Positions 33,895 to 39,278 of a stretch of DNA of 39,278 bases are shown here, in pieces (position 1 is the stretch's first letter; every line of letters starts with the position of its first letter). Origin of the DNA: an uncultured Roseivirgaceae bacterium (GTDB lineage: Bacteria; Bacteroidota; Bacteroidia; Cytophagales; Cyclobacteriaceae); assembly GCA_964626095.1 (NCBI GenBank), contig CAZVFM010000001.1:6778-46055 (forward strand), read 5' to 3'. A program made the position numbers and the translations under genes. The notes under the pieces are model-generated. The model did no database searches. It saw nothing but the letters and a program-made list of their open reading frames with translations, and was not told the origin of the DNA.

Positions 33895-34780
33895 GTCCTT
33901 ATCCATACTGCTATTGTTTTTACCCCTTGCGCTACTTTCACAAGAGCTAAACACAAAAGTGATTGTAAATGCCGATCAGGTGCAAACTTCAGACCGCTCG
34001 GTTTTTCGTGATATGGAAGCTGCTTTTGCACAGTTTCTCAATACACGTAAATGGACCAACGATACTTACAAAGTTCATGAACGTATTAATTGTAATATTC
34101 TGATCACTATAAACAGGATGCCAAGTATTGGTAATTTCGCTGCAACCGTTCAGGTACAGTCTGGCCGGCCGGTTTACAATACCAATTACGAAACAGTTGT
34201 ATTCAATTTTGCCGATCGCGATTGGGAATTTGATTACATCGAATCGCAACCATTAGAATACAACGACAATGTATACATCTCTAACCTCACGGCCATGCTG
34301 GCCTTTTATGCATACATCATCATTGGTTTTGATTATGATTCATTCAGTGAATTGGGAGGCAATTTACATTTTCAGAAAGCACTACAAATTGTAAACAACG
34401 CGCAACAAGTAAACAGACCGGGTTGGCAACCATTGGGCAGTAACCGCAATCGCTACTGGCTCATTGAAAACATTACTAACGCACAAATGGTGGACATCCG
34501 TAAAGCCATTTACCAATACCATAGAAATGGGTTGGATATTTTTGAAAAGAACCCCGAGCAAAGTCGCGAAACCATTTTAAAATGCCTGCGAGACATTAAG
34601 AAAATACGCGACATTAATCCAAATGCCATTCTGGTCATCAGTTTTTTTGATGCCAAGGCAACTGAGCTGGCTAATATCTTCTCTGATGGTAACCTTAATG
34701 TACGAAGAGAAGCCTACGAAATTATAGTAACCATTGATCCTGCCAAGCGAAACAATTACCAAAAAATTATTGGTGGCTAG
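33887..34780 (+). CDS. DUF4835-family protein (exported)
   Basis: 297 aa with a signal peptide. Its position between coaBC and recN is where DUF4835 genes sit in Bacteroidota. I believe some current annotations call this family T9SS PorD, but I cannot verify that here. It overlaps coaBC by 8 nt. Confidence 0.6.
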   Translation: MLKSLSILLLFLPLALLSQELNTKVIVNADQVQTSDRSVFRDMEAAFAQFLNTRKWTNDTYKVHERINCNILITINRMPSIGNFAATVQVQSGRPVYNTNYETVVFNFADRDWEFDYIESQPLEYNDNVYISNLTAMLAFYAYIIIGFDYDSFSELGGNLHFQKALQIVNNAQQVNRPGWQPLGSNRNRYWLIENITNAQMVDIRKAIYQYHRNGLDIFEKNPEQSRETILKCLRDIKKIRDINPNAILVISFFDAKATELANIFSDGNLNVRREAYEIIVTIDPAKRNNYQKIIGG

Positions 34781-34877
34781 GGTCGTAGGGAGAAATGACA
34801 TTCTTCTAAAAAAGCTGATGCCTCTATACCTCCGAAGCAATCTCTTGTTAAATTCGCATCCTTAATAAATCCTTCAA

Positions 34878-35096
34878 ATGCCTGCCAGACAAATTCGCGT
34901 AAATAATCTAAAGAATTTTAGCAACAGGCTCGAAGCATATCAGGGCAAAAAAATTAATATTGTACTAAAAAACAAAGAAGTAATTTTCGGTTACCTGAGC
35001 CATATTGCAAAAGAAAATCTTGAACTTATTAACCTTAGTAAAAGAAAGCTTAGCTTCAAGTGGCAAGAAATTGATGAGATCCTGATAGATAATTAA
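34878..35096 (+). CDS. 72-aa hypothetical protein with an Sm/LSm-like sequence pattern
   Basis: MPARQIRVNNLKNFSNRLEAYQGKKINIVLKNKEVIFGYLSHIAKENLELINLSKRKLSFKWQEIDEILIDN. The N-terminal helix followed by hhVxLKxxxxhxGxLxxhxxxxNLxL resembles the Sm1 motif. Its stop TAA shares one nt with the recN ATG (TAATG at 35094-35098). Confidence 0.5.
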   Translation: MPARQIRVNNLKNFSNRLEAYQGKKINIVLKNKEVIFGYLSHIAKENLELINLSKRKLSFKWQEIDEILIDN

Positions 35097-36748
35097 TGTT
35101 AAAACGCCTGTTCATACAAAACTATGCACTCATTAAGGACCTGGAGTTAAGCCCCTCTCCTTCCTTAAATGTAATTACCGGTGAAACAGGTGCAGGTAAA
35201 TCAATCATGTTGGGTGCAGTAGGTTTGCTACTGGGCAACCGGGCAGATACCAAGGTATTGTTAAACGATAAAGAAAAGTGTATAGCTGAGGCGGAATTTG
35301 ATATTTCAGCTTACCAGTTAAAAGAATTATTTAGAGAAGAAGACCTTGACCATGACGATACCCTGATTGTGCGCAGGGAAATCAATACCAACGGCAAATC
35401 AAGGGCATTTGTGAACGATACACCCGTTACATTAGACGTACTTAAAAAAATTGGTGCGCATTTAATGGAGATCCATTCACAGCACGAAACACTTCAGTTG
35501 AGCAAGCAAATCTATCAGCTAAAGCTTATTGATGCTTACGCGAATAACAGCAATCTACTGAACGAATATACACTCACATGGTTAAACTATCAGCAGTGCC
35601 AATTGGCTTATGATGACTTGCTCTCACAAAGCGAAAAAATTAAAGCGGAAGCCGACTTTGTACGTTTTCAGTTTGAAGAACTAGACAAAGCAAATCTTGT
35701 AACAGGCGAACAAGAAAAATTAGAGCAAGGCCTGAAAGTTGCCGAGCATGCAGAAGAAATAAAACTTAAACTCAACCAGGCACTTACACTGATGGGGAAA
35801 GAAGAATTTTCCATTACGGCAAGCATGGCTTCATTGAAATCTTTATTACAGTCAGTAGCGGGATACACAGATCAGTATAAAAATATTTTTGAACGCATTG
35901 AAAGTGTATTGATTGAAGTAAATGACATTCAAACTGAAATTGAAAAAGCAGAAGCATACATTGAGTTTGACGAAGAGAAAACCAACGAACTACGTGATCG
36001 TTTGAGCCTTATTTACCAGTTACTGAAAAAGCATCGCCTAAATGATATTAGTCAACTTATTGAACTACATGAACAGCTTGATAGTAAAAATCAACAGGCA
36101 AGTAATTTGGATGAAAATCTTGCGGCTGCTTTAGAAAAGCTTACACAAGCCAAAAAAGAATTAATGCAGAAAGCACTGGCACTAAGTAAGTCAAGGAAAC
36201 ATGTGTTTAATGATATTAGCAAAAATATTATTGATTTGTTAACTGAATTGGGTATGCCCGATGCCAATTTTAAAGTCGTACATCAGGATAGTACACCAGG
36301 TCCTACAGGAATTGACCAGCTTGATTTCTATTTCAGCGCCAACAAAGGCGTAGCTGCCATGCCCATGGCTTCAGTAGCTTCGGGTGGAGAGTTTTCCCGA
36401 CTTATGTTTTGTATTAAATATGTGTTGGCAGAAAAAACAGCTTTGCCAACAATCATTTTTGACGAGATTGACAGCGGTGTGAGTGGTGAGATTTCCATCA
36501 AGCTTGGACGTATGATGAAAGACATGGCCGCAAGGCATCAGGTAATTTCCATTTCGCATTTGCCACAAATTGCCGCCAAAGCAGTTTCACATTATTTTGT
36601 GTTTAAAGACAGCAGCGACAAAAAGACTGTTAGTCGAATCCGCTTACTCAATAATGATGAAAGGGTGAAAGAAATCGCTAAGATGATAGCGGGCGACAAC
36701 CCTTCGCCTACCGCCATAAAAAACGCCAAAGAGCTTATTCTAAGCTAA
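35096..36748 (+). CDS. recN: DNA repair protein RecN
   Basis: 550 aa with Walker A GETGAGKSI, a long coiled-coil middle, the SMC signature SGGEFSRLMF, and Walker B IIFDEIDSGVSG. Confidence 0.95.
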   Translation: MLKRLFIQNYALIKDLELSPSPSLNVITGETGAGKSIMLGAVGLLLGNRADTKVLLNDKEKCIAEAEFDISAYQLKELFREEDLDHDDTLIVRREINTNGKSRAFVNDTPVTLDVLKKIGAHLMEIHSQHETLQLSKQIYQLKLIDAYANNSNLLNEYTLTWLNYQQCQLAYDDLLSQSEKIKAEADFVRFQFEELDKANLVTGEQEKLEQGLKVAEHAEEIKLKLNQALTLMGKEEFSITASMASLKSLLQSVAGYTDQYKNIFERIESVLIEVNDIQTEIEKAEAYIEFDEEKTNELRDRLSLIYQLLKKHRLNDISQLIELHEQLDSKNQQASNLDENLAAALEKLTQAKKELMQKALALSKSRKHVFNDISKNIIDLLTELGMPDANFKVVHQDSTPGPTGIDQLDFYFSANKGVAAMPMASVASGGEFSRLMFCIKYVLAEKTALPTIIFDEIDSGVSGEISIKLGRMMKDMAARHQVISISHLPQIAAKAVSHYFVFKDSSDKKTVSRIRLLNNDERVKEIAKMIAGDNPSPTAIKNAKELILS

Positions 36749-36917
36749 GTTATCACATCAAGAGAGTAAAATTCAGCGCTTTGCAGTACTGTTATTTTAT
36801 ATCCTGAAAAAAAATACATATTTTGGTCAAAGAAAGCTTTTTCATTTTAATGTTCTCGCGACAGTTTAGACGTAAAGGTTTTCAGTAATTAATTATCAAC
36901 CTAATTTCTATTTTGCT

Positions 36918-37172
36918 ATGAACATTTTCGTTGCACGTCTGAATTTCAAGACTAAAAAAGAAGATCTTGAACGTGTGTTTGGCCAATATGGTGAAGTTAC
37001 TTCGGCCAAAATTATTAAAGACCGGGATTCCGGAAGATCAAAGGGTTTTGGTTTTGTTGAAATGCCTAATGATGAAGAAGGTAACAAAGCCATTGCTGCA
37101 CTTAATGAAACTGAACTCGATGAAAGAACCATTGTGGTGAAGCCGGCCAATCCTAAAACTCAGGAATCCTAA
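36918..37172 (+). CDS. RRM-type (RNP-1) RNA-binding protein
   Basis: 84 aa with RNP2 IFVARL and RNP1 KGFGFVEM. Confidence 0.9.
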   Translation: MNIFVARLNFKTKKEDLERVFGQYGEVTSAKIIKDRDSGRSKGFGFVEMPNDEEGNKAIAALNETELDERTIVVKPANPKTQES

Positions 37173-37198
37173 TTTTACTGTTCATATAAAATATTTAT

Positions 37199-37223
37199 AA
37201 AGCGGGTTAGCCCCGCTTTTTTA
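37199..37223 (+). terminator. Rho-independent terminator after the RRM gene
   Basis: aaagcggg-ttagc-cccgctttttt has a 6-bp GC-rich stem (extendable by A-T pairs) and a T-run. Confidence 0.75.
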
Positions 37224-37274
37224 TTTACCTATTAATCACGTTAAATTGGCGCTTCATAAACACATCATCACAAA

Positions 37275-38732
37275 ATGAAAAATTACCTCACAGCAAAAAA
37301 TATTGGCTTTGTGGTAGGGCCCCTGCTCTTTTTGCTGGTGATATTTATCAAGCCTTTTAGTTGGCTAACTGAAGAAGCCAATGAAGTAATAGGTGTTGCC
37401 TTCTGGATGATCAGTTGGTGGGTAAGCGAAGCGGCACCCATTCCAGTAACTGCATTGCTGCCCATTGTATTGTTTCCCATGTTTGAAGTAATGCCCATTG
37501 GCGAAGCTACTTCGCCCTATGCCAACCAGATAATTTTTCTTTTCATGGGCGGCTTCATCATTGCGCTAGCTTTAGAAAAACACAAACTTCACGAACGTAT
37601 TGCCCTTAACCTCATTAAACTCACCGGCACCTCAGGTAACGGCATCATTATGGGTTTTATGATTGCTACCGGCTTTTTAAGTATGTGGATAAGCAATACT
37701 GCGGCAGCCATTATGATGCTTCCCATTGCAATTTCTGTAATTGACTTACTTAAAAAGATACCACAGCAACAAGTACTGGAAGAAAAGTATCAGAAAAATT
37801 TTGCATTGGGATTAATGCTCTCCATTGCCTACGCAGCAAACATAGGAGGCATTGCCACCATTATTGGCACACCTCCCAATGTAGTGTTCAAAGGTTTATA
37901 TCTTGATTTTTATGGAAAGGAAATAGACTTTGCCAAATGGATGTTGCTTGGTGTACCCGTAAGTTTATTTCTTGTGGCAAATACCTACTTATTGACTACT
38001 CGTTTACTTTTTCCTAATAAGATGAAAAGCATTCAGGGTGCAGCATCATTGATAGATGATAACTTGAAAAAACTGGGTAAGCTTCGCCAGGAAGAAATTA
38101 AAGTATTGATTATCTTTTGTCTTACAGCTGGGGCATGGATTTTTCAGCAGTTAATTAACGATATGCTCGATAAAAAAATATTAAATGACACCAACATTGC
38201 TATGGCAGGCGGCATACTTATGTTCATTGTTCCGGCTAATCTCAAAAAAAATGAATCGCTGCTCGAGTGGGAAAGTATGAAAAATTTACCTTGGGGAATT
38301 CTTCTGCTCTTTGGCGGTGGATTATGCTTAGCAAAAGGTTTGGAAGGTACCGGTGTGATTAAATGGATTGGTAGCAGCATTGCCGAAAACAGTGACCTTA
38401 ATATCTATGTACTGATACTTTTGCTTACTACCATCATGTTGTTTTTAACAGAACTGATGAGCAATGTTGCGCTCACAACACTTTATGTTCCTGTAGTATT
38501 TGGTATTGCCGATGGTCTGGGTTTAAATCCTGCCATGCTAGGAATTCCGGTTACATTGGCTGCGAGTTGCGCCTTTATGTTCCCGATATCGACCCCGCCC
38601 AACGCCATTGTATTTGCCAGCGGATACATTAAAATGAAAGACATGATACGCGCAGGTCTGTTGCTTAATTTAAGTTCCGTTATCATAATAGTATTAGTAA
38701 CTGTTACGCTATTGAATTGGGTTATTGGCTAA
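37275..38732 (+). CDS. DASS/SLC13-family anion:sodium symporter (sulfate or di/tricarboxylate)
   Basis: 485 aa, polytopic. It carries the two hairpin SNT-type motifs of the family (WISNTAAAIMMLPI and LMSNVALTTLYVPV) plus PISTPPNAIV. Confidence 0.85.
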   Translation: MKNYLTAKNIGFVVGPLLFLLVIFIKPFSWLTEEANEVIGVAFWMISWWVSEAAPIPVTALLPIVLFPMFEVMPIGEATSPYANQIIFLFMGGFIIALALEKHKLHERIALNLIKLTGTSGNGIIMGFMIATGFLSMWISNTAAAIMMLPIAISVIDLLKKIPQQQVLEEKYQKNFALGLMLSIAYAANIGGIATIIGTPPNVVFKGLYLDFYGKEIDFAKWMLLGVPVSLFLVANTYLLTTRLLFPNKMKSIQGAASLIDDNLKKLGKLRQEEIKVLIIFCLTAGAWIFQQLINDMLDKKILNDTNIAMAGGILMFIVPANLKKNESLLEWESMKNLPWGILLLFGGGLCLAKGLEGTGVIKWIGSSIAENSDLNIYVLILLLTTIMLFLTELMSNVALTTLYVPVVFGIADGLGLNPAMLGIPVTLAASCAFMFPISTPPNAIVFASGYIKMKDMIRAGLLLNLSSVIIIVLVTVTLLNWVIG

Positions 38733-38802
38733 AATATTAGTATCAATCAACTTAGAGTGATGAATTAATCTCCATTTATACTTGCCAGGCTCACATTTTT
38801 TT

Positions 38803-38810
38803 TACCTTTG
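38803..38810 (+). promoter_or_regulatory. Candidate -7 promoter box for slyD
   Basis: TACCTTTG is a perfect TAnnTTTG and lies 22 nt upstream of ATG 38833. Confidence 0.4.
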
Positions 38811-38832
38811 CCACATACATAATTAATCCTAC

Positions 38833-39278
38833 ATGCAGATTTCAAAAAACAAAGTAGTATCCATCAGCTACACACTTAAAAACAATGATGGACATGTGAT
38901 TGACACTAACGAAGGCAAGCAGCCCCTGATGTTTTTACAAGGAAACGGTAACCTGATTATTGGACTAGAAGAAGAACTTGAAGGTAAAGCGAAAGGCGAT
39001 AAATTACAGGTAAGTATTTCTCCGGAAAAAGGATATGGCGTACGCGATGAAAATCTTATTCAGGAGGTACCCATGAGTGCTTTTGGCGGACAAAAAGTTG
39101 AAGCTGGTATGCAGTTTACTGCCGAGAGTCAGCATGGAGTACAAGTAGTAACCATTACCGAAGTAGCTACAGAAAATGTCAAGGTAGATGCCAATCACCC
39201 ACTGGCGGGCCAAACACTGAATTTCAGTGTTGAAGTACTAGGTGTGCGAGAAGCAACGGCAGAGGAACTTGACCACGG
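38833..39278 (+). CDS. slyD: FKBP-type peptidyl-prolyl cis-trans isomerase, SlyD-like; runs off the right window edge
   Basis: Absent from the ORF track because there is no stop in the window. My own translation gives MQISKNKVVSISYTLKNNDGHVIDTNEGKQPLMFLQGNGNLIIGLEEELEGKAKGDKLQVSISPEKGYGVRDENLIQEVPMSAF...VDANHPLAGQTLNFSVEVLGVREATAEEL. This shows the SlyD FKBP and insert-in-flap layout, including the DxNHPLAG block. Confidence 0.85.
   Translation, partial: MQISKNKVVSISYTLKNNDGHVIDTNEGKQPLMFLQGNGNLIIGLEEELEGKAKGDKLQVSISPEKGYGVRDENLIQEVPMSAFGGQKVEAGMQFTAESQHGVQVVTITEVATENVKVDANHPLAGQTLNFSVEVLGVREATAEELDH

Noticed and set aside
39004-39213. 69-aa minus-strand ORF near the right edge
   Set aside because: It is antisense to the clearly recognisable SlyD-type FKBP reading frame.
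1-39278. Search for tRNA/rRNA genes, CRISPR arrays, IS elements, integrases, phage genes, riboswitch-sized leaders and defence-system hallmarks
   Set aside because: - The intergenic regions are short, with the longest about 120-220 bp.
- None shows cloverleaf-compatible sequence, spaced direct repeats, terminal inverted repeats or target-site duplications.
- No ORF has transposase, recombinase, nuclease-ATPase or restriction-enzyme motifs.
- I therefore do not claim any mobile element or defence island in this window.

Overview
The window looks like a chromosomal core region of a Bacteroidota genome. Supporting evidence: a T9SS C-terminal sorting domain, PorV/PorQ-like and Omp85/BamD genes, the bamD-rpoZ-coaBC-DUF4835-recN synteny, TAnnTTTG -7 promoter boxes, A-rich start contexts without Shine-Dalgarno sequences, and AT-rich DNA by eye.

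Gene content, left to right:
- 1-6923: a surface-polysaccharide cluster with wecB (partial), two glycosyltransferases, a methyltransferase-like gene, a Wzx-type flippase, a DegT-type aminotransferase, and an unexpected exported CHY zinc-finger protein.
- miaA.
- A tightly coupled small-ORF / MBL-hydrolase / NFACT (DUF814) operon.
- IPExxxVDY-like gene plus pyk.
- acpP-fabF-rnc, nadE, and lgt followed by an Omp85 paralog.
- A MORN-repeat protein.
- A translationally coupled pair: a PorV/PorQ-like barrel and a ComEA-like helix-hairpin-helix domain fused to a large beta-barrel.
- A GIN/DUF2807 protein, two LPP20-like lipoproteins, and a degenerate SOD-like lipoprotein.
- mdh, tilS, an OstA-like protein, a small T9SS cargo, bamD-rpoZ-coaBC-DUF4835, a 72-aa Sm-like ORF coupled to recN, an RRM RNA-binding protein, a DASS/SLC13 transporter, and slyD (partial).

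I found no tRNA, rRNA, CRISPR array, transposase, integrase, phage gene or recognisable defence or toxin module. Most of the window is ordinary housekeeping sequence, and I cannot point to a clear-cut new system.

The best candidates for something undescribed:
1. The PorQ-like plus HhH-barrel outer-membrane pair (20125-22988).
2. The Sm-like micro-ORF coupled to recN.
3. The signal-peptide-bearing CHY zinc finger.
4. A set of genes whose -7 promoter box abuts the ATG, which implies leaderless mRNAs.
5. A long hairpin built from 8-mer repeats in the divergent promoter region of the polysaccharide locus.

All functional calls rest on motif recognition by eye. No searches were run.
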